DNA of 64,000 nt from NCBI GenBank assembly GCA_003235475.1, contig QJWC01000044.1, forward strand, positions 27,451 through 91,450, read 5' to 3'. Shown one piece after another: positions 18,058 through 27,060 of this stretch. The number at the start of each line of letters is the position of its first letter. Positions within the stretch are counted from its first letter, which is position 1. Position numbers and translations under genes: made by a program. Below the pieces are notes generated by a model, which was not told the origin of the DNA, searched no databases, and saw only the letters and a list, made by a program, of their open reading frames with translations. This DNA is from Acidimicrobiia bacterium. Its GTDB lineage: Bacteria; Actinomycetota; Acidimicrobiia; Spongiisociales; UBA5794.

Positions 18058-19187
18058 GGCGCTGCTGCCCGCGGTATGCGCATCCAGAAGGTCGATCCCA
18101 CCCCGACCTGGGACTCGACGCCAACGTCACCTCCGTGAGCGAGGGCTACATGGCGCACGATCGAAAGTCCGAGGCCGGTACCGCCGGACGCCCGGCTTCG
18201 CGCCCGGTCGACCCTGAAGAACCTTTCGAAGAGCCGATCGAGATGCTGCGGAGCGATCCCCACCCCGTCATCCCCGACCCGGAACTCGATGACCCCGTCC
18301 GTCTCCTCTGCGGATATGGCGACCTGCCCCGGTTCACCGCTGGGGAATGCGTGGACCACACCGTTTGCGACGAGATTGTGGAGGGCCGACACCACCTGGG
18401 TCCGATTCACGACAACGGTCGCGTCCACAACCTCTCCGAGGACGACGGCGCCCTCGGCCCCCGGGACCTGCTCGAATGTGAGGTCGAGTGCGGCATTCAC
18501 GATGTCCGAGACGGAGACAGGCTGCCGGTCGGGGGATCCTGCTTCCGCGTCGGCGAGCTCGAGGATGTCGTCGACGACGAGGGCAAGACGCTTCGTCTCC
18601 TGCTGCAATTGTGTGGAGAGGCGAGAACGCATGGCGGGGTCGGATGCCTGTGCGATCGTCTCCGCGAGGAGCGAGACCGCACCCAACGGCGTCTTCAGTT
18701 CGTGCGAAGCGTTCGCGACGAAGTCGGTGCGCATCGCGTCGAGTCGGAGCTGATCGGTCCTGTCGACGATGAGCACGACGCCATCCCCTGGTCGCGCGGG
18801 TGCCGCTGAGATCTCGAAGGTGCGGCCGAGCACGACCGACTCAGTGAGCTGCTTCGGAAATTCGACCCCGGAAGCCGCATTCTTTCCGGCCGACGCGAGC
18901 CGCGCGCTGAGTGTGCGATCGTCGGAATCGAGAATTCGCTGCGCTTGATCATTGGCGAATGCAACGTGCCCGTCCGAACCCACCACGACGATGCCATCTC
19001 GAACAACCCCAAGCGAATATCGAAGGATCTCCGAATCGCGCTCGTCGGAGCGACTGACATCGATCGCCATCGGCATAGCCATGTTCGCTTCTCTTGCCAG
19101 CATCCTCAGGCGGCGGATCATCACGAGGTTTCCAACGATGACCGCGACGAAGACGGCGACCAGAGCTGACGTGATCACGGCGGGCAT
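18054..19187 (-). CDS. phoR: Sensor histidine kinase (PhoR/SenX3-like)
   Basis: N-terminal TM, a PAS-like segment, H-box NASHELKTPL and an HATPase G-box GGTGLGLSIV. Divergent from pstS. Confidence 0.85.
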   Translation of the reverse strand: MPAVITSALVAVFVAVIVGNLVMIRRLRMLAREANMAMPMAIDVSRSDERDSEILRYSLGVVRDGIVVVGSDGHVAFANDQAQRILDSDDRTLSARLASAGKNAASGVEFPKQLTESVVLGRTFEISAAPARPGDGVVLIVDRTDQLRLDAMRTDFVANASHELKTPLGAVSLLAETIAQASDPAMRSRLSTQLQQETKRLALVVDDILELADAEAGSPDRQPVSVSDIVNAALDLTFEQVPGAEGAVVLGEVVDATVVVNRTQVVSALHNLVANGVVHAFPSGEPGQVAISAEETDGVIEFRVGDDGVGIAPQHLDRLFERFFRVDRARSRASGGTGLGLSIVRHVALAHGGDVGVESQVGVGSTFWMRIPRAAAP

Positions 19188-19244
19188 ACCGGGATGTTAG
19201 GAACGGGCCCCAACGGCGTCTCTGGCGATTCGTCGCCATCCGGA

Positions 19245-19270
19245 GTGAATTCACACCCAGTTCATCTTCA
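19245..19270. promoter_or_regulatory. PHO-box-like repeat cluster in the phoR / pstS divergent region
   Basis: The palindrome GTGAATTCAC (19245-19254) overlaps two 11-nt direct units, ATTCACACCCA (19249-19259) and GTTCATCTTCA (19260-19270). These resemble the GTTCACC-type 11-nt PHO-box repeat units. Confidence 0.45.
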
Positions 19271-19329
19271 GGAGAAGATGGCGTCAACTCCGGTTCGTAC
19301 GGTTCTCCCCGACATCCGAAAGCGTCAAC

Positions 19330-19349
19330 GGCGCTGCGCGCGCAGCGCC
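19330..19349. repeat. Perfect 20-bp palindrome GGCGCTGCGCGCGCAGCGCC upstream of the pstS RBS
   Basis: Read directly from the sequence. It ends 3 nt before the AAAGGA RBS. Function unknown. Confidence 0.5.
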
Positions 19350-19367
19350 ACGAAAGGAACCACGACC

Positions 19368-20378
19368 GTGAGGACTCGAATGGCTGGCACACTCATGATC
19401 GCCGGAGCGATCGCTGCGGCGGCGTGCTCGTCGTCCAGCAACGCGCCGGGAACCACCGACCCTGGCTCTGGCACAGGAACGATCTCCATCTCCGGCTCGT
19501 CGACCGTCGAGCCAGTCTCCGCTCTCAACGCCGAGGCGTTCAACGCCCTGCACCCCGAAGTCGGCATCAGCGTCGAGGGACCCGGCACGGGCGATGGATT
19601 CAAGAAGTTCTGTGCCGGCGAGACCGACATTTCTGACGCCTCCCGACAGATCAAGGACTCCGAGGCGGAGGCATGTGCCGCCGCGGGCATCGAATTCATC
19701 GAGCTGCGGTTTGCCATCGACGGTCTCTCAGTCCTCACCTCGGCGAACAACCAGAGCGTGTCGTGCCTGTCGTTCGGCGACCTGTACTCGCTGCTGGGAC
19801 CGGAGTCGATCGGCTTCCGATCATGGTCGGACGCCAACGCGCTCGCAGCGGAGATCGAAGGTGCATCGCCGCCGTACCCCGATGTGGACCTCGTGGTCAC
19901 CGCGCCCGGTGAGGAGTCCGGCACCTACGACTCGTTCGTCGAGATCGTGCTAGAAGGAATCGCTGAAGAACGGGGCCAAGCTGCGGCATCCCGGCCTGAC
20001 TACACGGCGTCAGCGAACGACAACGTCATCATCGAAGGCATCTCGGGAAGTGATACGTCGCTTGGCTGGGTCGGCTACGCGTTCTACCTCGCCAACCAGG
20101 ACAAGGTCAATGCCATTGCCGTCGACGGCGGCGACGGGTGCGTCACCCCGACGCCCGAGACGATCGCCGACGGTTCCTACCCCATCGCGCGCCCGTTGTT
20201 CATCTACGTGAACAAGGCGAACGCGTCATCGAGCCAGGCGGTGAGTGACTTCGTCGACTTCTACCTGTCAGACGAGGGATTGCGCAGCATCGATCAGGCG
20301 GGCTACGTGCGCATCGCCGACTACGACGCCGTTCGCGCCGTCTGGGCGAACCGCACAACGGGGAAGCTCGGCTACTAG
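19368..20378 (+). CDS. pstS: Phosphate ABC transporter substrate-binding lipoprotein PstS
   Basis: GTG 19368 (RBS AAAGGA 9 nt upstream) or ATG 19380. Signal and lipobox MAGTLMIAGAIAAAAC. Motifs GSSTVEP and GTGDGFKKF. Confidence 0.9.
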   Translation: MRTRMAGTLMIAGAIAAAACSSSSNAPGTTDPGSGTGTISISGSSTVEPVSALNAEAFNALHPEVGISVEGPGTGDGFKKFCAGETDISDASRQIKDSEAEACAAAGIEFIELRFAIDGLSVLTSANNQSVSCLSFGDLYSLLGPESIGFRSWSDANALAAEIEGASPPYPDVDLVVTAPGEESGTYDSFVEIVLEGIAEERGQAAASRPDYTASANDNVIIEGISGSDTSLGWVGYAFYLANQDKVNAIAVDGGDGCVTPTPETIADGSYPIARPLFIYVNKANASSSQAVSDFVDFYLSDEGLRSIDQAGYVRIADYDAVRAVWANRTTGKLGY

Positions 20379-20391
20379 GTCGATTGCCACG

Positions 20392-20423
20392 GGAGGGGCC
20401 GGATTCCAGCACTCGGCCCCTCC
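20392..20423 (+). terminator. GC-rich intercistronic stem-loop after pstS (no U-tract)
   Basis: 9-bp perfect stem GGAGGGGCC / GGCCCCTCC with a 14-nt loop. It begins 14 nt after the pstS stop and ends 17 nt before pstC. Confidence 0.45.
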
Positions 20424-20439
20424 TACGCTCCCTCATCAC

Positions 20440-21366
20440 ATGATCACGCAACCCGCCTCCATCGATCTCACGGGTGACCCCAAGCGGCGGTCGCGCGAGC
20501 GGACCATCCGGTCGATCTTCCTCGTCGCGGGACTGATGTCAGTCGCAATCAGCGCGCTGATCATCGTGTCCCTTGCCGGAGAGGCGTGGCGGTTCGTCTC
20601 GCAGGTGGACGTCGGGTCCCTGTGGACCCTCGGCTGGTTCCCAAGACGGGGGTTCTATGACATCCCGACCCTGCTGATCGCGACGCTCGTGATCGCGGGA
20701 ACGGGAATGCTCGTCGCCGTGCCGCTCGGCCTCGGCGCAGCCTCGTACTTGTCCGAGTACGCAACACCCCGAAACCGCCGGTGGATGAAACCGGCCCTCG
20801 AGATCCTTGCAGGCATCCCCTCCGTCGTGCTCGGCTTCTGGGCGCTGACCTTCATCAGCCCTCAGGTCGTGCAGCGCTTCTTCTCGTCAGCGAAGCCGTT
20901 CACAATGCTCGCTGCCGGCCTTGGGGTCGGCGTGCTCGTCACCCCCCTTGTTGCAACGGTTTCGGAGGATGCCATGAGAGCGGTCCCACGATCGTTGCGA
21001 GAGGCTTCCTACGGCCTTGGCGCCAACAAGGCGTCGACGGTCCGGACGGTGGTGTTTCCAGCCGCGATCTCGGGAATCGCCGCTTCCCTCATCCTCGCGG
21101 TGTCCAGGGCGATCGGCGAGACGATGATCGTGTTCATGGCCGCTGGCGCGGTCGGGGGCGCCCTTCGCACGTTCAACCCGCTCGAACCCGGCCAGACGAT
21201 GACCGCGGCGATCGCTTCGCTTGCGACGGGAACCGATCAGGTCGCCGGTGAGGGCCTCGCGTTCCAGAGCCTGTTCTTCGTGGGACTCCTCCTGTTCGTG
21301 CTCACGCTCGCCCTGAATGTCCTGAGTAATCGGATCGTCCGTAGGTTCCGGGAGAAGTACGAATGA
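20440..21366 (+). CDS. pstC: Phosphate ABC transporter permease PstC
   Basis: ATG 20440. Polytopic, with the EAA-type loop LREASYGLGANKASTVRTVVFPAA. Confidence 0.9.
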   Translation: MITQPASIDLTGDPKRRSRERTIRSIFLVAGLMSVAISALIIVSLAGEAWRFVSQVDVGSLWTLGWFPRRGFYDIPTLLIATLVIAGTGMLVAVPLGLGAASYLSEYATPRNRRWMKPALEILAGIPSVVLGFWALTFISPQVVQRFFSSAKPFTMLAAGLGVGVLVTPLVATVSEDAMRAVPRSLREASYGLGANKASTVRTVVFPAAISGIAASLILAVSRAIGETMIVFMAAGAVGGALRTFNPLEPGQTMTAAIASLATGTDQVAGEGLAFQSLFFVGLLLFVLTLALNVLSNRIVRRFREKYE

Positions 21367-22322
21367 CGACAGCGGCCACTCGCAGGGAGGAGGCGACGAG
21401 GGCCGCCGTCGAGAAGGCGATTACCCACGGTGGCCCGAAACTGGGGTCTCTGGCCTTCAGGCTGCTACTTCTCGCCCTGCTGGTGATGTCGTTCGTAATC
21501 CTCGCCGCGCTCCTCGCGGACATCGCGTCGAGTGCGTGGCCAACATTCGCCGAGCGCGGGCCTTCGTTCGTCATGAACGGGCTTTCACTCAACCCCGCGA
21601 CGGCGGGCGTGTGGACCGGCATCGTCGGCTCGCTCATCATCGCGTTCATCGTCGCCATCCTGGCGTTCCCGGTCGGGGTGGCCGCCGCCATCTATCTCGA
21701 GGAGTACGCACCCGACAACCGACGGACTCGGTTCGTCGACACCACCGTTCGCAACCTCGCCGGGGTCCCGAGCATCGTGTACGGGCTTCTCGGACTCGCC
21801 ATCTTCGTCCCCGTGGTGCGCGGCATCGGACTGGGAGGCTCGACCGGCGGCAAGAACGTGATCGCCGCCGGCATCACGATGGCCGCCCTTGTTCTGCCAA
21901 TCGTGATCATCACTTCGGCTGAAGCCATTCGCTCCGTCCCGAACTCGATCCGAGACGCGGGCTACGGCGTCGGTGCAACACAATGGGAGGTGATCAGCTC
22001 CCATGTGCTCCCATCGGCCCTTCCCGGGATCCTCACGGGCACGGTCCTCACCCTCGCCCGTGCGTTCGGCGAAACGGCTCCTCTCCTCGTCATCGGCGTG
22101 GCGACCGGGTTCTTCTCACCGGCGGGTGATGCGACCCTTCTCGACCAACTGACGGGTCCGTACACCGCGCTCCCGGTCGTTGTGTTCTCGTGGTCACGCC
22201 AGACCCAAGCCGCGTTCGCCGACACACTCGCCCCTGCGGCGATCGTGGTGCTGCTCACCGTTCTCTTCGCCCTCAATGGATTCGCCATCTGGTTGCGTAA
22301 CCGCACGGAAGGAAGGTGGTGA
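21363..22322 (+). CDS. pstA: Phosphate ABC transporter permease PstA
   Basis: ATGA overlap with pstC. Loop [28 protein letters not shown]. Confidence 0.9.
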   Translation: MTTAATRREEATRAAVEKAITHGGPKLGSLAFRLLLLALLVMSFVILAALLADIASSAWPTFAERGPSFVMNGLSLNPATAGVWTGIVGSLIIAFIVAILAFPVGVAAAIYLEEYAPDNRRTRFVDTTVRNLAGVPSIVYGLLGLAIFVPVVRGIGLGGSTGGKNVIAAGITMAALVLPIVIITSAEAIRSVPNSIRDAGYGVGATQWEVISSHVLPSALPGILTGTVLTLARAFGETAPLLVIGVATGFFSPAGDATLLDQLTGPYTALPVVVFSWSRQTQAAFADTLAPAAIVVLLTVLFALNGFAIWLRNRTEGRW

Positions 22323-22324
22323 CC

Positions 22325-23227
22325 ATGGCCGATAGGATCGGAACGACCGTGGATTCAGTAGACCACACGCGCCCCGAAACCCTCGAGGATGCTTCGCCGT
22401 CCCTCGCCGCAACGCGCTCGCCGAGGGTCACCGGCGGGACGCCAAGCGACGAGCATGCGGTCATCCTCGAACTCTCGGACGTGAACGCGTACTACGGGGA
22501 CTTCCACGCCGTCGACTCGGTGAGCCTTCCCATCCGCGAGAAGGAAGTGACCGCCTTCATCGGGCCGTCCGGATGCGGGAAGTCGACCGTCATCCGGTCG
22601 ATCAACCGGATGAACGACCTCATCCCCACCGCGCGCATCGAGGGCGCCATCACCTATCACGGCGTTGACCTGTACGCGCCGGGGGTCGACCCCGTCGAGG
22701 TCCGCAGGCGCATCGGCATGGTGTTCCAGAAGCCGAACCCCTTCCCGAAGTCGATCTACGACAACGTCGCATTCGGCCCGAAGATCAGCAAGTACAGCGG
22801 CGACATGGACGAGCTCGTCGAGCGTTCACTCACCAGGGCCGCCCTCTGGGACGAGGTAAAGGACAAACTCAGCGACTCGGCGTACGCGCTCTCAGGGGGC
22901 CAGCAGCAGCGCCTCTGCATCGCTAGGGCCATCGCGACGTCACCGGACGTCCTCCTCATGGACGAGCCGGCGTCTGCGCTCGACCCGATCGCAACACTGA
23001 GGATCGAGGAGCTGATGTACGAGCTGAAACAGGAGTACACGATCGTGATCGTGACGCACAACATGCAGCAGGCTGCGCGGGTATCCGATCGAACGGCGTT
23101 CTTCAGCGTGGATGTCAAGGAAGGGCAGCGGACGGGACGCCTCGTCGAGTTCGCGGATACCGCGACCATCTTCACCAATCCCCAGCATGACGAAACCGAG
23201 GACTACATCACCGGCAGGTTCGGGTAA
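22325..23227 (+). CDS. pstB: Phosphate ABC transporter ATP-binding protein PstB
   Basis: ATG 22325 (GGAAGG 8 nt upstream; the ORF opens at GTG 22316). Motifs [23 protein letters not shown] and LLMDEP. Confidence 0.95.
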   Translation: MADRIGTTVDSVDHTRPETLEDASPSLAATRSPRVTGGTPSDEHAVILELSDVNAYYGDFHAVDSVSLPIREKEVTAFIGPSGCGKSTVIRSINRMNDLIPTARIEGAITYHGVDLYAPGVDPVEVRRRIGMVFQKPNPFPKSIYDNVAFGPKISKYSGDMDELVERSLTRAALWDEVKDKLSDSAYALSGGQQQRLCIARAIATSPDVLLMDEPASALDPIATLRIEELMYELKQEYTIVIVTHNMQQAARVSDRTAFFSVDVKEGQRTGRLVEFADTATIFTNPQHDETEDYITGRFG

Positions 23228-23241
23228 CGAGGAGCGTCGAC

Positions 23242-23910
23242 ATGGAATCAGCCTTCGACACACGCCACCATTACGACGACGAACTCGACGACATCAGGGC
23301 AGCGCTCGTGGAACTCGGAAGCATGGTGGCAGCCAACATCCGCCGCGCAGGTGTCGTGGTCACCGAGGGCCGCCTCAACGAGGTCGACGCGGTCATCGGA
23401 GCCGACCGGCCGATCAACGCGCGATATCACGACCTCGAAGAGAAGGTGTTCACCATCCTCGCCCTCCAGCAACCTGTCGCCAGCGATCTCCGGTTCCTGG
23501 TGGCGGCGACGCGGATCCTCTACGAGATGGAGCGCTCCGGCGACCTCGCCGTCAACATTGTGAAGCAGGTGCGACGCCTCGACGGAGTGCCGACCGACCT
23601 TCGACTCGATGGTCTCGTGCTTCGACTGTCTGACGCCTCTGCCCGAATGTTCGACCATGCGGTCGAGGCGGTTGCGACCATGAATGCGGCAATCGGCATA
23701 GGGGCCGAGCAGGAAGATGAGGAGACGGACACGGTCACGGGAGATCTCTTCACCGCGGTCACGGAGCGCCAGGACGCCATCGGGCTCGAGGCGTGCGTGG
23801 CTTTGTTCTACATCGGACGCTTCTTCGAGCGCATCGCCGACCACGGCGTCAACATCGCCCAGCACATCACCTTCGCCGTCACCGGAGAATTCCCGGACGG
23901 CGACGGTTGA
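23242..23910 (+). CDS. phoU: Phosphate signalling complex protein PhoU
   Basis: 222 aa with two PhoU repeats ending in ERSGDLAVNI and ERIADHGVNIA. Confidence 0.9.
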   Translation: MESAFDTRHHYDDELDDIRAALVELGSMVAANIRRAGVVVTEGRLNEVDAVIGADRPINARYHDLEEKVFTILALQQPVASDLRFLVAATRILYEMERSGDLAVNIVKQVRRLDGVPTDLRLDGLVLRLSDASARMFDHAVEAVATMNAAIGIGAEQEDEETDTVTGDLFTAVTERQDAIGLEACVALFYIGRFFERIADHGVNIAQHITFAVTGEFPDGDG

Positions 23911-23912
23911 TC

Positions 23913-23991
23913 CCGCTGCACTTGGCATAGACACCCCGACCGTGTGAACAATGAGGGCGCAATGAGCCCTCGCCGTTCGGATGTGCAGCGG
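23913..23991 (+). other. Nested-stem intergenic RNA-structure candidate between phoU and the Na/Pi transporter gene
   Basis: Outer 9-bp perfect inverted repeat CCGCTGCAC (23913-23921) / GTGCAGCGG (23983-23991). It encloses an inner hairpin GAGGGC-N7-GCCCTC (23953-23971). The 3-prime arm ends 2 nt before the ATG at 23994. Confidence 0.35.
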
Positions 23992-23993
23992 AC

Positions 23994-25151
23994 ATGATGG
24001 ACCACCAGCCCGGCGCATCGTCGCCGATCGCTGAGCCACCGCAGAGACGGATGCCTCCGTGGCTACGGGCGATCCTCGTGGTGGGGCTCCTCTACCTCTT
24101 CCTCGTCGGCGTTCGAATGCTGGAGTCCGGGGTTCACGGGCTCGGCGACGAGTCAGCCAAGCGACTCTTCGAGGGCATCACGAACCCGCTCGCCGCGCTG
24201 TTCGTCGGCATCCTGGCGACGGTGCTCGTGCAATCGTCTTCCGTGACGACCTCGACCATCGTGGGTCTGGTCGCGGCCGGCGTCATCCCCCTGGAGACTG
24301 CTGTGCCCATGATCATGGGCGCAAACATCGGGACGACGGTCACCAACACGATCGTGTCGCTCGCCTCGGCGCGGCAGGACGACGGTTTCAAGCGGGCCTT
24401 CACGGCGGCGACGATGCACGACTTCTTCAACTTGATCGCCGTCGCAATCCTCCTTCCCCTCGAGATCTTCACCGGCTTCCTGCAGTCGGTTGCCACGTGG
24501 ATCGCGGACCTGCTCCCGGGCGGCGCAGACGCCACGTTCAACTCACCGATCAAGGGGGCCGTGAAGTGGGGCGCCTCGCAGTTCGAGCGGGTGATCGAGG
24601 CACTTCTCTCGGGCGAGACCGCAATCGCGGTCGCGCTGATCGTCGGCGGTGTGGCCCTGATATTCCTGACCCTGACCTACATCACGAAGAACATGCGGAT
24701 CCTCATCGCCGCCCGCATCGAGACGTCGATGAACGCCGCGCTTGCAAAGAGCGGGCTCGTCGGGATGGCTGTGGGAATCATCGTGACGATCATGGTGCAG
24801 TCGTCGTCGATTACCACGTCCATCCTCGTGCCGTTGGTGGCATCGGGGATCCTGCTGGTGCGCAACGCGTATCCCATCACCCTCGGTGCCAACATCGGGA
24901 CGACCGTGACGGCGCTGCTCGCAGCCCTCGCGAGTGGCACCGTCGACGGCATGACGATCGCCCTCGTCCACCTGCTCTTCAACGTCACAGGGATCCTCAT
25001 CATCTACCCGTGGATCAAGACCCGCTATGTGCCGGTCATCCTCGCATCAAAGCTTTCGGAGACCGCAGCCAACCGCAAGTGGCTCGCGGTCGTCTATGTC
25101 CTCGTTGTCTTCGTCGCGATACCCCTCGTTGGTATCTTCATCTTCAGCTGA
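23994..25151 (+). CDS. Na+/phosphate cotransporter family protein (NptA-like), lacking a fused PhoU domain
   Basis: 385-aa polytopic protein with the duplicated signature GANIGTT(V)T (two copies) and QSSS(V/I)TTS repeats typical of Na/Pi-II-related transporters. Confidence 0.85.
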   Translation: MMDHQPGASSPIAEPPQRRMPPWLRAILVVGLLYLFLVGVRMLESGVHGLGDESAKRLFEGITNPLAALFVGILATVLVQSSSVTTSTIVGLVAAGVIPLETAVPMIMGANIGTTVTNTIVSLASARQDDGFKRAFTAATMHDFFNLIAVAILLPLEIFTGFLQSVATWIADLLPGGADATFNSPIKGAVKWGASQFERVIEALLSGETAIAVALIVGGVALIFLTLTYITKNMRILIAARIETSMNAALAKSGLVGMAVGIIVTIMVQSSSITTSILVPLVASGILLVRNAYPITLGANIGTTVTALLAALASGTVDGMTIALVHLLFNVTGILIIYPWIKTRYVPVILASKLSETAANRKWLAVVYVLVVFVAIPLVGIFIFS

Positions 25152-25164
25152 GAAGGAGCACACC

Positions 25165-25830
25165 ATGGTTCTCGAGTTCTTCAGGGGTGGAGCGGAGCAC
25201 CCCGTCGACGAAATCCGACATCTCATCGCCAAGATGCTCCACGACGGCAACGAGGCCTTCAACACGGCGACCGACGCGCTCTTCGAGGGCGGCAAGTCCA
25301 AGGCCACGAAGAGGGAGGTCCGAGCGACGGACCGGGGCATCAACGAGATGCAGGCCGAGGTGCGGCGCATCCTCATGACGCATGCAGCCGTGAACCCCGC
25401 CGACCTTTCCGTTGTCCTCCAGTACGCATCGATCGTCAAGGATGCAGAACGAGTCGGCGACTACGCAAAGAACCTCTACGACCTCGTCCGGTACGGGGCA
25501 TCCTTTGACGGGTCTGAGGACGAAGACGAGCTCGAGGGGTATCGGTCCGCGGTGAGCTCGCTGATCGTCGAGGCGGCCAACGTGTTCGATGAGGTCAACG
25601 CCGAGCGGGCCCAGGCCCTTCTGCTCAAAGCCGACGGTTTCCTCCGCGAATACGACGTGAAGGTCAAGGAGCAGTTCTCGGACGACAACGATGTCAAAGG
25701 TGCGGTCGCTCGGGCCCTCTACTACCGCTTCCTCAAGCGCACGACAGCGCACGTCATGAACGTGCTGACTTCGCTCGTCCAGCCGCTCGACCGTCTCGAC
25801 TACTACGACGAAGCCCCTGAGGACCGCTGA
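25165..25830 (+). CDS. PhoU-domain protein (second PhoU-like regulator, partner of the Na/Pi transporter)
   Basis: ATG 25165 with a GAAGGAG RBS. The PhoU-like helix ends in DAERVGDYAKNL. It starts 13 nt after the transporter stop. Confidence 0.7.
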   Translation: MVLEFFRGGAEHPVDEIRHLIAKMLHDGNEAFNTATDALFEGGKSKATKREVRATDRGINEMQAEVRRILMTHAAVNPADLSVVLQYASIVKDAERVGDYAKNLYDLVRYGASFDGSEDEDELEGYRSAVSSLIVEAANVFDEVNAERAQALLLKADGFLREYDVKVKEQFSDDNDVKGAVARALYYRFLKRTTAHVMNVLTSLVQPLDRLDYYDEAPEDR

Positions 25831-25844
25831 CCGCCGTCCTCAGG
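25816..25844 (+). terminator. Stem-loop spanning the stop codon of the PhoU-like gene
   Basis: 9-bp perfect stem CCTGAGGAC / GTCCTCAGG with an 11-nt loop that contains the TGA. No U-tract. It ends 14 nt before the ACAD start. Confidence 0.35.
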
Positions 25845-25857
25845 TACCGTCACAGCC

Positions 25858-27060
25858 ATGGACTTCGCGCACTCACCCCGCTCCCTCGACTACCAGGAAC
25901 GACTGACGGCGTTCATGGACGATCACATCCACCCCGCCGAGCAGGCGATCGCCGCTCGAGGGTGGGGCGATCCCACCGAAGCGCCGCCGGAAATGGCGGG
26001 TCTCAAGGAAACCGCTCGGTCGATGGGGCTTTGGAACCTGTTCCTCCCGGACGAGGAGTACGGCGCCGGGCTCTCGAACGTGGAATACGCACCCCTCGCG
26101 GAGATCATGGGACAGGTCATCGAGCTCGCGCCGGAGGCGACGAACTGCTCAGCGCCTGACACGGGCAACATGGAGGTCCTCCACATGTTCGGCACGCCCG
26201 AGCAGAAGGAGCGGTGGCTCGTCCCCCTGCTCGAAGGCCAGATCCGCTCGGCATTCGGGATGACAGAGCCGGCCGTCGCCTCGTCAGACCCCCGCAACCT
26301 CGAGTGCTCCATCATCAAGGACGGTGAGGATTTCATCGTGTCGGGAACGAAATGGTGGTCGACCGGCGCGGTGTCGAAGGACTGTGCGGTGTCGATAGTG
26401 ATGGGCGTGACCGACCCGGAGGCGCCGCCGAAGCACCGGTACTCGATGATCCTCGTTCCCATGGACGCCGAAGGCGTCGAGGTCGTTCGCGATGTGCCTG
26501 TGTTCGGATACCACCACCGGGGTGGCCATGCCGAGGTGCGGTACAACGACGTCAGGGTGCCGGCGTCACATCTGATCGCAGGGACCGGCGATGGCTACAT
26601 GATCGCCCAGGCAAGGCTCGGGCCCGGCCGAATCCACCACTGCATGCGGGCGATCGGCCAGGCCGAGCGGGCCCTCGACCTGATGATCAAGCGAGCAGCC
26701 TCGCGTGAGGCGTTCGGAAAGCGCATCGCGGACCAGGGCGTCGTCCAGCGTTGGATCGCCGAGTCACGATGGCGGATCGATCAGGCCCGCCTTCTCGTGC
26801 TCCACACGGCATGGCTCATCGACACCTACGGCAACCGAGCGGCCAGGCGCGACATATCCGCCATCAAGGTCGTCGCCCCCGAGGCAGCCCTCTGGGTGAT
26901 CGACAAGGCCATCCAGGTCCACGGTGGCATGGGGGTGAGCAACGACACTCCGTTGGCGGCCATGTGGGCAGGCATGCGGACACTTCGCATCGCGGACGGA
27001 CCGGACGAGGTTCACGCGATGGTGGTCGCGCGCCGAGAGATCGGTAGAGCGACGACCTAA
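25858..27060 (+). CDS. Acyl-CoA dehydrogenase family protein
   Basis: 400 aa with GMTEPAVASSDP, WWSTGA and QVHGGMG motifs typical of ACADs. Confidence 0.9.
   Translation: MDFAHSPRSLDYQERLTAFMDDHIHPAEQAIAARGWGDPTEAPPEMAGLKETARSMGLWNLFLPDEEYGAGLSNVEYAPLAEIMGQVIELAPEATNCSAPDTGNMEVLHMFGTPEQKERWLVPLLEGQIRSAFGMTEPAVASSDPRNLECSIIKDGEDFIVSGTKWWSTGAVSKDCAVSIVMGVTDPEAPPKHRYSMILVPMDAEGVEVVRDVPVFGYHHRGGHAEVRYNDVRVPASHLIAGTGDGYMIAQARLGPGRIHHCMRAIGQAERALDLMIKRAASREAFGKRIADQGVVQRWIAESRWRIDQARLLVLHTAWLIDTYGNRAARRDISAIKVVAPEAALWVIDKAIQVHGGMGVSNDTPLAAMWAGMRTLRIADGPDEVHAMVVARREIGRATT

Noticed and set aside
24059-25378. 439-aa same-strand alternative-frame ORF over the Na/Pi transporter gene
   Set aside because: It is an extremely R/P/G/H-rich out-of-frame translation. 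The in-frame product (23994..25151) has duplicated transporter signatures.
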